64,000 nt of DNA from the human T2T-CHM13v2.0 reference genome, Homo sapiens: assembly GCF_009914755.1 (NCBI RefSeq), contig NC_060936.1; one strand, 5' to 3'. Positions 28,073 to 41,353 of the stretch are shown here, piece after piece; within the stretch, counting starts at the first letter, position 1; each line of letters begins with the position of its first letter. Below the pieces are notes generated by a model, which saw nothing but the letters and a program-made list of their open reading frames with translations, was not told the origin of the DNA and ran no database searches. The position numbers were made by a program, and so were the translations under genes.

Positions 28073-28859
28073 AAGAACATCTGTAATTGACAGAAAAATA
28101 CCAAAGATGGTTCTAACTAATGATTTAACTTCATTTTCAATTCATCTTAGTAAAGACCACCATGTCAAATATGTGCAGGTCCAATGCAAATTAGTGTTTG
28201 GATCTGAAAAAGCTGTGCTTTGCTGCACTCTCCTCCATACCCTTATAATAAGTGGAACTAAATCAATCTTCTCTATTTTTCAGATATATTGTTGTTTATA
28301 ATTGCACTCCTGTGTCCTTACAGGCCACTTCCTCTTTCTCTCTCTCTGTGATCTCAGGTAAGACACTTTATTTCTTCCAATGCAAAGCTTTTTGACAAAA
28401 CTGTAATGTTGATTTGGAGTCAGGGTACAAGGTGGGATTCCAAAGTAATAAACAGTAACCACTTTGAACAAGAACTTCACAAATTAGGGTGGCAGAAAGT
28501 GGCACACACTTGTGCAAGCTAGAATCCCAACAAAGACATTTATAAATATGTACAGCCTTACCTGTTCCTCCCCACATCACTCCCACCTCCTAGTAAAATC
28601 CAAGGAAGATGAGGGCTGGGTTGGATACGCGAATATCCATACAGAAAGCTTGAGCGGAAAGCTGCAATCAAAAGCTCATTTCCTATCATGAGTTGTCTTC
28701 AGCATCTGAAAGGATTAGCATTTTGCACTAAGGTCAAGTTGCTCTTGTGTGAGAGATCGCCTTATATTTGGGTTCAGGCTCAGTAAAGAGATTTACACGG
28801 GCACCACTAGGCTGGGTGGGGTTGGTGCCAATGATTTTAATTAATTCATCTGGGAACCT

Positions 28860-29010
28860 AGAAGATCATAAAGAGTCATAAGAAGGAGTATTTGAGGTGG
28901 CATCTGACAGCACCAAGTCTTTATGGATGAGGAAACTGAAGTCCATGAAAGAGAAGTGCCTAAGGTCCCCCTGATCACACATGAGGGAGCTGGCACTGCA
29001 GACTGGTAGC
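28860..29010 (-). mobile_element. MIR
   Basis: ttatggatgaggaaactgaagtcc...aagtgcctaaggtc. Confidence 0.7.
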
Positions 29011-29179
29011 CACATTCCTTCTGCCACCCACGGAAGCCACATTCCTTCCACACCCATTATGCACAGAGCAGTGCCACTTAATGGGAGACATGGAACGCTT
29101 CGTGGCGCTGATGAGTGAGAGATATTTCTTGGGAATTACAAGCTTTAATTTGTGCCTCTTAATCGTGCATTAAGTAGTT

Positions 29180-29400
29180 TTACTTAAGGTGTATTTAATG
29201 AGCACTTGACAGGTGCAAATCAGAAGCAGTGGGATGGGGAGAAGCAGAGATTAGATACGAAGATGATCAGCGTGGTTCCTGCCCTCCAAGGAGCATCCAG
29301 ACTAGTTGGGAAGACAGACAGCTTTCCGGATAGCATAGGGGGCATATGAAAGGAAGAGCGAGGGTAAGAACTGAGGAGGGCTTTCCAATGAATGGAGTAG
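29180..29400 (-). mobile_element. L2 3' fragment
   Basis: gtatttaatgagcact...ggttcctgccctccaaggagc...gttgggaagacagaca. Confidence 0.6.
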
Positions 29401-30573
29401 CCAGAGGTGCAGTGAGGGTGCGAACACGCAGCTTTAAAAAGCCCATCCTGTCAGTTTGTAAATTAGTTTAGAGTACTTCTAGGTCTATCCAAATATACAC
29501 ATAATGGCCGATTGGCCATGATTAATCACCATACTATATGCTTAGGTGGGGAGAGGGGTTTAAGAAGAGGAGAGAATAGAGTGATGGTACCAAGCCAAGA
29601 ACTGTGTCGATAGCTTGCACAATGGGTAGAGTTGATGAAGGAAGGCTTCCTAGAGAAAGACGGCCATTTACTACAATTCCAAGGAGGGGGATGAAGCTAT
29701 TTGGTTGGCACTACATAAAGAGCCCACCTTTGGTTTTATGGCTCCCGGAATCTGGCCCAGCCATCATAAGCCCAATGTATGTTTGTATTTTTTCCTGCCC
29801 CAGGAAGACTGTGGTACAGGTGCCTGGGGAGCAGGCTGCTAGGAGAGGTTTGGTAGGAGTGCCCTGGGTTAAGGTGAAGAATAGCATCCTCTTCTTTCTG
29901 TTCTTGTTTTCAAACTATATGGACTCAGCTAGCTTACAAGATATGGAAGACAGCTAGAAGGAGGCAACCCAGCCCAGGAAGGCAGGTTGGATTCGAAGGC
30001 ATTATGCATGATGGGAAGCAGTATTAGATAAACCTGCTCTGACCCATTCTTGCCAAGAGGGATTTTACAAATAGAAAACATTTTTTGAGGAAGGCTCCAG
30101 AGGGAGACTGAAAAGTAAGCCTCAGCTGACTGGAGTCAGAAAATCCCCAGCAATTGTCGGGACATGTAGGTGACTCCTCAAATGGGCTGAGCAGTGGGAG
30201 GAGTACTAGGGGAAAGGAGGAAGGGGAGGTGGCTAGAAGCAAAGGCATCCCTTTTGTTTTTTTCAATCAGAACCAGAGTGCTTATGGATCAGAGACTCCA
30301 TCTGTCTGTCAGCCTCTTTTTCCAAAAGAGAGAGCCTGGTTAGATTATCTCTCTGGCCAGGTTCTCCATGAAACAGGCTATCAGATGGACATTTGTGTTC
30401 AATAAGAGTGAGGGGAGCAGAATTGAACAAAGAGAAGTTGAACAGTGAAATAGTAGCATCAGAGGCTCCAGCCGGTCCAGCAGGGCACTCTGCAGTTGGG
30501 ACGAGTTTTCAGGGATGTGTGAACATGGGCAAAGAGCAAGCCTTTGTGCCCTTCTGCTAACCAAGCATTGGAT

Positions 30574-30639
30574 GCAGGCTGTCCCCCAGGGTCCGGATAA
30601 CCCTGGGCAGGCTGTCCCCCGGGGTCCGGGTAACCCTGG
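30574..30639. repeat. Tandem duplication 2 x 33 bp, GC-rich
   Basis: gcaggctgtccccc(a/g)gggtccgg(a/g)taaccctgg at 30574 and 30607. Confidence 0.93.
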
Positions 30640-30759
30640 GAAGGGCGGCTCCAGGGATTGCTCCTTTCAGTCAAGAGCAAGGTCCAGCGAAGGACTGGGC
30701 TGTGAGCCACCAGTAGCCAATACTCCACCCCTCACCTCAGTTCTGAAGGGGGCATCTGG

Positions 30760-30915
30760 GCTTCAGGAAATCGGGGTTGGAGTCCTAGACTGCCACTTAG
30801 TAGCTATGTGGCTCTGTAGAAGTCACTTCCCCTCCCTGGGCCACCACTTTCTCATCTGTAAATTAGAGCTGGACTGAATAATGTTCAATGTCTCTTCTGA
30901 CTCTGAGGCTCTTGG
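30760..30915 (+). mobile_element. MIR
   Basis: ctgccacttagtagctatgtg...aagtcacttccc...tttctcatctgtaaa. Confidence 0.8.
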
Positions 30916-31615
30916 ATCCTAACAGTTGCAGGATATGTACTGGCAGCAACAACCATCTTTCCCTAATTTCTATATTCGTCTTTTGTCATCCAAATTTCCA
31001 TGCAATTTTGTCTGAAATCTTTCATGGACTCTCCATCTGTCCTTCATCTCCAAATTAATCATAAGTGAAAAGTAGAGTGCTAAGTACTATGGAGGGCTAG
31101 AGAAAAGAATACATAATCCAAGGGCTGTGCTGTCCCGAGACAGACGATCTTCAACTGGGAGACTGATATAATGCCCAAAATAATTGGTGGATGCAGGATG
31201 GGAAACTGGGTAATAGCAATGTGCAAATCATTACACAAGAGTGAGAGCTGGAGGCAAAAACAAGAAGAAAGTCATTTGAAGAGGGAGTTTTTAGAAAGAG
31301 GGTTACCGAAGACTAACTCTAAAGAACATGCATGTTGAGGAAGGCACACCTTGACATTTACAGGGCCGGAGGCAGGAGTGCCTGTGGAGGCCCACAGGCT
31401 AACTGTTTAAAAGTTAAAATCAAGATAACACATAGTTAGATTAAAAAGGTTCAATCCTTCCTTCCTAAGGCCAAAAAGAAAAAATATGAGTACCTACTGT
31501 TTTGGTGTGACCGAAATACCAAAGATGACTCAATTTAATTTAATTATTATTGTACATTCTGGAATGTTCTGGCAATGAACCGGCAATATTTAGATGAGTA
31601 ATAAAATAAAAACAA

Positions 31616-31788
31616 TGATTCACACATAATAATATGCATTATTATTAATATTTAACAAAACATACATAATTCATAAAAAACTATATTTTTATTCCATAAC
31701 AGTGATTCACACATAATAATATGCATTATTATTAATATTTAACAAAACATACGTAATTCATAAAAACTATATTTTTATTACATAACAG
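31616..31788. repeat. Tandem duplication 87/86 bp, AT-rich
   Basis: tgattcacacataataatatgc...ataacag at 31616 and 31703; 2 substitutions plus 1 A-run indel. Confidence 0.95.
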
Positions 31789-32397
31789 TTGTTTTTAAAT
31801 TTTTTATTGCCTTTCTTTCAGCAAAATTGCTAATTATGTTCTTACAATCAAGATTTGTACTTAATTTGTGTTTTACTCATAGTGCAAATTACACAACATT
31901 TCTTGAGTCATTTTAGTTTCATGACACTTATTAACTTAAATTTAAAGGAACTGTGCTTTATAGATGCACTATCAATTATCATGTTAATAAAATGTTCTTC
32001 AGATAATACTTACATTTGGAAATGTATACATCCTCTTCAAATATTATAATGAAACGGCATGTGATAAACTATTATTATAAAATATAATACAAAATATTTT
32101 AATTTTATCATTGTGGCTTATATTATAATGCCATCATCACTATATAGATCTTTACAGTAATGTTATACTTCACATGTGCTATGTCTAGGCCTACAGATAC
32201 ACAAATTTAAGGGTAATATAAAGTGTTTACAATTGCAAAAAATAAATCCTCAGTTGCCAAGTACAGCTGTTGGGAATGTCATGCTCTTTTACGACCATTG
32301 GTGGAACAAAGAATTGGAACATGAAGATAAACAATAGTACAAATTTTTGACATTATTGAGAAACAACATCTCCTTATGCAAGAATCTATTACATTCA

Positions 32398-32502
32398 GGC
32401 CAGCATGGCCCACTTGGCAGGCTGAGGCAGGAGAATCACTTGGGCCCAGGAGTTAGCGTCTAGCCTGTGCAACATAGAGAGACACCATCTCTACAAAGAA
32501 AG
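32398..32502 (+). mobile_element. FLAM/AluJ monomer with 17-bp TSD
   Basis: ggctgaggcaggagaatcacttgggcccaggagtt...; TSD agaat(c/t)tattacattca at 32381-32397 and 32503-32519. Confidence 0.88.
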
Positions 32503-33049
32503 AGAATTTATTACATTCACACTGACAAAAAGGATATTATCATTGATTTGTCATTTCTTTTACCCAAGAGTTTCCACTGGTTTACTTCTCCCCACCTCTA
32601 AAGTAGTGTTGCTGTCTAACACTGGTATGACCCACAGAATTTTACCCCAATTGGACACACTCGCCTTTTAGCCAGAGATGGAGAAGAAAAGTGTTTTCCT
32701 GAAGCCTAAACATCGTTGCTCCCCATAGACAATGATAGGTTTACCATTTATGTTCAGCTAGTGCTAAAAACAAGTGACAGAGATACCCAAATCTTCTGTA
32801 ATACATTGATTTATCCTGTGTTTATGATGCTTGGAGCTCTCTAAAGCACAGGGCCTAGCGCAAGAGTTTTTCTGTCCCAGGTCTAATGGCAAAGCTGTAT
32901 GAGCATATGAGGAAGATATAAATGAAAAGATAACAACATAAACTCACTCAGGGAATCTTCTAATTTAAGAGACACAGCTCTGTAATGAATGAAAACTACA
33001 GCCTTCGAAGTGATCTCTCTGTATCCACTTTTTCCTGGCTTTAAATTCC

Positions 33050-33610
33050 CATCTCCATTATAATCAGAGTTATCTCTGTAAAGAATAGGTCTAAAGTCAC
33101 AGCTTGATTTAAAACCCATTGATATGAAAAAAAAAAGAAATAAACAAAAGAAAAGAGAAAAAAAAAGAGCCACTGATACCTTCTTGCTGTTTTCAGGGCA
33201 ATGCCCCAAACTCTTATCATGACTTACAAGGCCATCTGTGTCCTGGCCCCTATATAACTTTCCAGCTTCATCTCTGAACCTCCTCTGCCCAGCACTTTAT
33301 GGTCCAAGCATCACAGCAGATTTCTTTTTTCTCCTTGAATATGATGTGTGCTCTCAGTACGGGGCCTTCATATGCAAGCTATTCCTCTGGCCCAGCACTT
33401 TTCTCCCCATACCCTTCAGTTGAGTCTCAGCCTGGGGACCTTTTCTGAACTCATCCCCTTGTGAGAGGTGCCCCATCACATCGTGCTACCTCTGTGAAGG
33501 CTAGTTATTACTTAGCTGTCTGTCCTGCAAACTATACTGTGTCTCCTGTGAGCATGTTCCCAGTGCCACGTACAGACAGATACTTAACAAGGAACCACTG
33601 AATGAATAAG
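33050..33610 (+). mobile_element. L2 3' fragment
   Basis: caaactcttatcatgacttacaaggcc...cccagtgcc...tgaatgaat. Confidence 0.65.
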
Positions 33611-33759
33611 GTTCAAAGACATTGATACCTGAGAAAATTGTGTCAGAGTTCTGAGGCCAGGAGCCTTGAGACCCTGTGAAGAAGTTTGTGACTATTAGGC
33701 AAAGCCCAGGGGTTAGGCATTTGTGTTCAAGCTCACATTAGAAAGTACCTGGCCTTTTG

Positions 33760-34319
<560 letters not shown>

Positions 34320-35164
34320 CTATTTAGGAATGATGGCATGGACATCATGGATAGCACAGGAAGTTAAAGATTATCGGTGGCTTTAAATCAATTGGTCTCA
34401 GTGTTCTGGAAGTTTCAGTGGGTAAGCACCTAAAAGACAGGAGGCCTTTGTGTTGTTGCTTTGTGTTGAGTTCAATCAGTTACTAAAATACATCTTAGTA
34501 ATTACCTTGTGACAGTAATCATAAAACCCTACACAATGACACTGGATAATATAGACATAGCACCTTCTCCAGTGTGAATTTTAAACACAAAATACCTGTG
34601 GCCAAGCCAATTCCTAGTGAGGCATCACCATGAAGCTTTCCTGCACACGGGGTTATCTTTTGGTTCTTACTGTCAGGTTTCAAAGGCTTCAATGATGCAT
34701 CTTCACCTTCCCAACCCTATCCTTGCAGGGACAGCGGTTGTCTGCTTACTGGGTAGTGTTGTGGGCTGGGTATTGTTCGTGCTGTCTTTTTGATCTGAAA
34801 GACAATGGACTGAGCTTAACCTGGTCTCCAGGTTCTTCTCCAGTGTTGATATTCTATGACTATTGGAGTATAGCCTAAGAATGAAAAATATAATAAGAAA
34901 TTAAATATTATGAGCCTTGATGTTATTACTTGTGTTTAGCTGCTCCTAAAAGATATGTTGCAGTCTGTGCTCCACAGAACAAAATTGTATAGCCATGGGA
35001 AGAAACAGAGGGACTTACTGAAAACTCTCTGAGGGTGTTGTGGTATGTAGACCTGGTATACTGCTCAAAAGCAGCATTATAGAACTGTGCCTGATCTGAC
35101 TGCATGGGAGTCACCCAGCTTATGGTGACCACAGCTTAGGGTCCCAGAGTCAATACAAAGAACA

Positions 35165-35390
35165 TAGCTTTAGGTTAAGATTGCCCTAAATTTGTGGTCT
35201 AGTTCTATCCCTTCCTGGATATATAAGTTTGAACAAGTTATTCAATCTTTCTGACCATCAGTTTTCTAATCTATTATACAAAGCTTCTAACAGTTGTCTT
35301 TCAGGGATGTGGTAAGGATGCTTAAGTTATTACTTGCTTAGTTATTAAATGAGGTAACATATGTATAAACAAAGCACATTCATATAATAA
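35165..35390 (+). mobile_element. MIR
   Basis: ttgaacaagttattcaatctttctgaccatcagtttt...attaaatgaggtaacatatgta. Confidence 0.7.
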
Positions 35391-36501
35391 TGAGAGCCAA
35401 GCTGGTAATCAGAAAAAAAGCTTAGTAAGGCAGTAATGGATGCAGTTTTAACTGCACACATTGCTGTAGGGCTGGGGTTGGATTGAAGCATGACATAGAA
35501 TAATGTAAAATAGAAAACAACCAGTGAAGTTGTAGGAAATAATGATTTTGAGCAGAGATAGATATTTTCAGGAATTTCTCAGACTTCTGATTAAAGTTAA
35601 GGAAGTTTATAGAACTTTCTTCTAGATCAAGCAGGGGAAAAAAACATTCCCAGGTAAGAACAGCAGACATACTTGTCTACTTGGAAGGGATTCTCAAGGT
35701 TTTGCATGGATTTATTTGTTAGCAGTAGGAGCAAAAATAGCCAAAACTATAGACCTATAGTTGTTGAGGGCTGTGTACCCAAAATCCTAACATTAAGACA
35801 TGCAGAATGAGAGAGGGGTGTTGAGATCACTTTGCATTTATGAAAGCAGCTTTATAAAAGGAAACAACCACATAGACAAGCCCCAGTGTGTACTAATCTG
35901 AGATGCAGAAACAGACTGAACTAAGTACTCAAAAAAGAAGACAAGACTGGAGCCAGGAGACCCCCAATTGTCTTAGCCATACCAAAAGGGCAGGTTTGCT
36001 ATATATTGCCGTAAACTTGCTAGATTTCAAACTGTGTATTGCTATATATAAGCATATGCCCTGTTTGAAAAGTACCTTGCAAAGGGGCAGATGCGCAGTC
36101 AAAATTAGATAAGTGTTTCTTCCCTTTTCCCTAGTTCCTCTTTGAGAATGAAATTGTTAAAGGTAATAAAAAGAGAAATAAAACAAAACAAAAACAACCT
36201 TTGAAGACCCATCGGTGAAGTGGGAACCAATTCAGAGATTGGCTCAAAGTTGGTGATGCATAGTGAGTGTGTTAGCTACTTTCTGTATCCAACTGTAGCT
36301 GGTAACATGTGTTTCAAGACCCTGCCTATCTTCTAAAGCCAGGGTCTGGCAGACAAGCGAGCTTGAAGAATGGTCTTTATGCAGAATGACATTGCTTTGT
36401 TCTCCTTCCATGTTTTTTGTCTAATTCATCAACCATAACAAGCTGTGCAAATGCAGACTAATGTGAACTCTAACTTGCTTGCCGTTATGCAGGCCCACGA
36501 T

Positions 36502-36585
36502 TGGCTTTGCATTTCGGTGCTTTGAGAAATGGCTTTCCATTTTGGTGCTTTGAGAAATGGCTTTCCATTTTGGTGCTTTGAGAAA
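36502..36585. repeat. Tandem repeat 3 x 28 bp
   Basis: tggctttccattttggtgctttgagaaa at 36502, 36530, 36558; units 2 and 3 identical. Confidence 0.95.
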
Positions 36586-37029
36586 GCCGCCTGAGCTGCT
36601 ACCTCTTCAGGAAGAGACTCCAGACCATCAATACTGTTAGGGAGTTTGGAGAAACTCCATCTTAGGCATGTGTGTGAACTGGGAAACTTGCTCCTACAAC
36701 CACAGGCTTGCAAACATCAGCTTCATTTGCTGCAAGTTTAAATTATTCTCAAGCCACTTCTTTGATCCGACCTTGTTTCCCAAGTCCCACAAATGAAACT
36801 GTTGAAAAGCTATTTGTCAACAATACCAGAGACTCTGTGGTGATTAATTAATTGTCTTTTCCTTCCAAGTGCTACAAATTCTGTAACAACAACCACAATA
36901 ACAAAGACAATGATGATGACAGAGAGTAATAGAAATATCATCTGCAGAAACCCACAATCGGCTTGGATTGATCAAAGACAAACAAACACCAAGTGCCATA
37001 ATTTCAGATGAAGAGGAGAAATTATTGAA

Positions 37030-37230
37030 AGGGTGTTTATAATGAGCCAGGAAATTTCCTATTCGTTATTTTCACTACTATCGCCAAAGCACGGCAAGGT
37101 AGCTATTATTGATCTCATTTTATGGTGGAGAAAACTGAAAACGAGAATGATTAGCTAAATTGCTGAAGATACTACAGCTAATCATTGGTACATCCAGGGA
37201 TTCAGACCCAATCCATCACTATTAGATCTT
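37030..37230 (-). mobile_element. MIR
   Basis: aaggtagctattattgatctcattttatggtggagaaaactga...gggattcagaccca. Confidence 0.75.
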
Positions 37231-38359
37231 TTTACCTGTGTGCCACTTTCTGTCTTGTTCATCTGCCTTGCACCTTAGCTGCCCTGTAGACTTGAACCAT
37301 AGCTTGCATTTGGCCATTCCTTCCCAGAAGGTAGAGTCATTGAGGAGTCACTAACTCGGGGCTGGAGTTTTATTGGCTGTAGTCAGGCTACCCCTAACAG
37401 CAGCTGCCTGCAGCAGGCTAAACTGAACATTTGAGTATCACCCAGCTGAGTCCCTCTGTTGTATTTTACCATGCTGTGGTGATGTAGATTATGACATCCT
37501 ATGATTTGCTAATTACCTTCTCGGCTAGATTGCAGAGTTGTTACTGTATTGTTGAGACTTTGGACTGGGTCTGTCAATAACTTGGTCTTCAACACCTGCT
37601 TTATCCAAAATAGTAGACCTAATTCTGTTCTCTATAATATTGTAGGCAAGACTGATATCAGCTGGTAGGCACTGGTATGTACATCAACATATAGATGGTA
37701 TATAAAGCCATAAGACTGGTTGATTCCATTCATCAGGGGAGTGAATACTATGAATTTATGTTTTATTTTTGCTTGTAATCAAATATGCACAAATAATGTG
37801 CAGAAATACTAAAGGGAAAATATGAGAAGAATAAAAATGTTAGATTGAGGCATTTATACAGAGCTTCCTGGAAGAGACTTCAGACATAGGAGGGTCAATG
37901 ACCTGGATGAACTCTGAGAGAGGCCAAAGGTAGGTGTTAGGCAGAATTCATGGAACCAAACCTGTTAGCCAATCACCAGGCTCAATCCCTATGCCTTTCT
38001 CACCACAGTCCAGGTGAGTGAATTCCAAATCTTACTTACTAAAGCACACGTTTTCCATAAGACTTCCCAGGGGAGGGAGCATATCCCATCTCTTAGAAGA
38101 CAGTATGGGTTGCAAGTACTTAATTGGAGTGAGATTATGGAAGAAAGAGAATCTTGGGGAAGATAAAGAATGAGTGAGACCCCACATGATCCCCACGTAA
38201 GCCTTTGCCTGATAAAGTAAATTGTTCCAGCCTACAAAGACCTTAGAATGTTTATTGAATGCAGGGATCTGTGTTTTGGTTTCTCTATGGCTCTTGCTTC
38301 AGCCACAATGGAACACAGCCATTTTTAGTGTGAACTTTAGAGGATGAACAAGAAGACTG

Positions 38360-39030
38360 TATGTGGGACTGTTTCCTGTCAGACATAGAAAGTGACAAGA
38401 GACTGAGATCCCATCCTAATAATGAGAACAAGCCTGATAAGGTGAAAAACATGGCTATTTGAGGACACCATCAGAGAGCTGAAATGCAAAAATGTCTAAA
38501 TGAACTAATTCCAGAAAGGATGAGGACTTCCTAGGAAAGGAGAGACCCATGGCTGATTTTAGCCCTGGCAGAGCAATGGGAGAAAGAGGAATGTACCATA
38601 GATGGGGTGAGAAGAAATCAGCCAAGCTTGCAATGAACTTTCAGTGGCCATGGACTGGATCAAGGGATGAGAATGTAAAGGAGCCCCAGCCACAAAACCA
38701 GTCTACCTACCCCCTAACTCTTTTGTATAGACCTTTACCAAGTGCTTTGGGGTAGTTCTTTGCAGGCTGTGGATAAAGAAGGAGAGTTGAGAGAGATTCC
38801 TCCAAGTTATTTCAGACACCCACCAAGTATAATGCAGAGACCGTCCAAAGGTTGAGGATAGGGCATGAGAACTGAGAGAAATCTCCGGAAGGTTCTCAGG
38901 GCCATTACCAAGTATGTAAAGCAAAAGAGGCACTCCAGAAACTTGTAGGATCTCAGATCCCAGCACCTGATAAAGGAAAAGTCTGCATCCCATTCCCGGA
39001 CAATTCCAGAAAGACATGGTTTTAAAAAAG
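38360..39030 (+). mobile_element. Probable old L1M 5' region
   Basis: Resembles L1M 5'UTR-type sequence (gacaccatcagagagctga); adjoins L1/HAL1 sequence. Confidence 0.45.
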
Positions 39031-39830
39031 CAAAACTATAACATAATATTTTGAAATGAGCTAAGAGATGTTAAAGTGATACAAGATATGAGAGAGCAAC
39101 ATAAATCAGACTTTGAAAAACTCAGGAAAAAGGTGACAGAAAAACTTAGAAATAAATTTAAAAAATCATTTTATAAGTGGAGACTAAACTAGAAGATACA
39201 CAAGAGCAAATAAACACAACAAATGATGGCTTAAAAGAAATATAATGTAAAAAGGAAAAAAGCTTAAATCAGAAAGAAATGAAGAGATTAAAAGTATTTG
39301 AGAGAAAGTGACAAATATTAAAGATAGCTAAAGAAGACCCAACACACCAATGTTAGGTGTTTCTGAAGAAGAAAACCAAAACAAGAGAAAAGAACAAATG
39401 TTTCTTGAAAATTCCTAAAATAAAAAAGCATTTGAAGCCATATATTGAAAAAGTACACAATGTACCTGAGAATATCGACACAGAATGATGATTACAAAGA
39501 TGTATTCTAATAATATTACTAAAGTTTTTTTTTTAATTATACAAGCTTCTAGGCAAAAAAAGCGGATTCCTGAGAGGGATTAAAAAATTATTTTATCGTC
39601 AGACTTTTTATCAGACTTATACACCAGAAGAAAATAGAGTCATTTTACTCAATGAAAGAAAATTGTTTTCTATTTTTATAAACTAAGCTTTAAGTATAAA
39701 TGTGCAAATACACTATTGTCAACCTCAAGAATCAGAGAATTCTGTTCCCATGGCCCCTTCTTAAGGAAGTTACTAGAGAATGAGCTTCAGGCCACCAAAA
39801 CAACTAGAGAGAAATAGGAGAATTAGTAGT
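39030..39830 (+). mobile_element. HAL1 / L1 ORF1-like relic
   Basis: A-rich coiled-coil-like region, then taggtgtttctgaagaagaaaacc, ttcccatggccccttcttaaggaagttactagagaatgagcttcag. Confidence 0.65.
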
Positions 39831-39899
39831 GATCATTAAATATGTATGTACTTGTAGAAAAGAGGTTACATAAGCATAAAGCAGGAGAGATCTTAGTAT

Positions 39900-41353
39900 G
39901 GAGTGGATATATGCTTTGACAATGTAAATATAGTACAATACAAGATAAGTGGGACATTGAGGACAACATATATAAAAATTTTTTTTCTGCCTTGAGTAAT
40001 AATAATCCATGGAGGTAGAATAATACTATTATTCTGAGACTCTTGTATGTGTAGTAAGCAAATAAATAATTAAGGGACATTCTAATTCCACCATTCCTGG
40101 TATCCTTGAGAACCAAGATTGTAAAAATGAATGGGAGAAGATACATATGTAATTTAGAAGAAGTTGAGAGAATACCATGTAGTTATGAGTTTGAACTGAA
40201 AATATCAGTATGAATATAGAAATTCATTATATATGTTTATAGGAGATTACAGCTATCTGTCATCTATTTACCTATAACACATGTATATGCACATATTCTG
40301 TATATACAACCCAGTAGCAATCAGTATCTCTGATGCCCTTGTGGTTTTGAAATACAGTTTCTCATTTTAAAATAAGCAAACAAAAGCAGGGATTCTCAAG
40401 AAAATATGCAAAATGAGTCTGAAATATCTTGCTGTACCAGACACTGTGAGAGACTATTAGAGTCGTGAAAAGGACTTGGGAACCGACTTGAAAAGGTTCT
40501 CAGTTGCCAAAGAGGGGACAATTTGAGATTCAATAAGGCAAAGGATTGCAATGAATTAAAACCTATCAAATATTTCTAAATCCACAGACGTATAATGATA
40601 TTTGCAATTGATCACCTTCAGAGGGTGACAGGAAACCAATTCATAATCTTGATTCAAGCATTTATCCTGTCTTTCCTATATGAGCTGTACTACTGAGTAA
40701 CAAAATATTGGATGAGGAAAAGTGTTTCCTTACACAATTAGTCCAGCTATTAGAAGAAAAATGAAATAATACATTAAGATGTCACCAACTCCCTATGAAT
40801 TGATGAATCTAAGAATTGAGCATCAATGGCTACTGACACCAAATAAAAGAAGAGTGAAAACCAGACATAATGCTTTGATAAAAGAACACACCACCACTGT
40901 CTTGCCAGGGGGATCATATCTGAGTCTGGTCAAGATTCACATTCTAGCTGCCAATTTGCAGGAAACCCAGAGGACAAAGGAGCGTTCAGCAAAAGCTAGA
41001 TGGCAGGTCAAATGCAAGGTTCATCAACAGATAAGTTGCAAGAAAAAGAGCAAGACAGAAAGAAACTTCAGATCAAAGAGAATGTAAAAGACAAATCATG
41101 CTTTTAAAAATGTGCAAGATTAAACTACAACATATAGGAATGCACACTTGGGTGATAAAGCTATAAACACAAGGGCTAGAGTGAGAAATGGTGCTGTGAC
41201 TGCAATGAGGTGTGTGGAGGGGGCCCCTCAGGTGGCTGCCAAGGCTCTCTTTCTTGATCTGGATGGATTTAGGAGTGTTTCCTTTATGATAATTCACTAA
41301 GCTACACATTTGTCTTGTACTGTTCTGTTTCTCTGCTTTATTTTACAATAAAA
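39900..41353 (+). mobile_element. L1MC-type (L1MC3-5) 3'UTR
   Basis: gccaaagaggggacaatttgag, ggattgcaatgaattaaaac, gcacacttgggtgataaa; ends ttttacaataaaa. Confidence 0.7.

Larger units (their letters stand above)
31341..32897 (-). mobile_element. Zaphod/MER115-type hAT-Tip100 DNA transposon, internally deleted, both ends present
   Basis: Ends resemble recalled Zaphod/MER115 termini (aaggcacaccttgacatttacagggcc...; ...ctctaaagcacagggcc...caggtctaatggcaaagctg); minus strand 31800-31920 encodes TKMTQEMLCNL...NLDCKNIISNFAERKAIK, like the hAT C-terminal dimerisation domain. Confidence 0.75.

Noticed and set aside
31616-31788. Same 87-bp period as the repeat at 8942
   Set aside because: No sequence similarity between the two; treated as coincidence.
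37861-38020. Exon ending at AAG|gtaggt (37929) or CAG|gtgagt (38013)
   Set aside because: Good donors but no convincing polypyrimidine acceptor; insufficient support.
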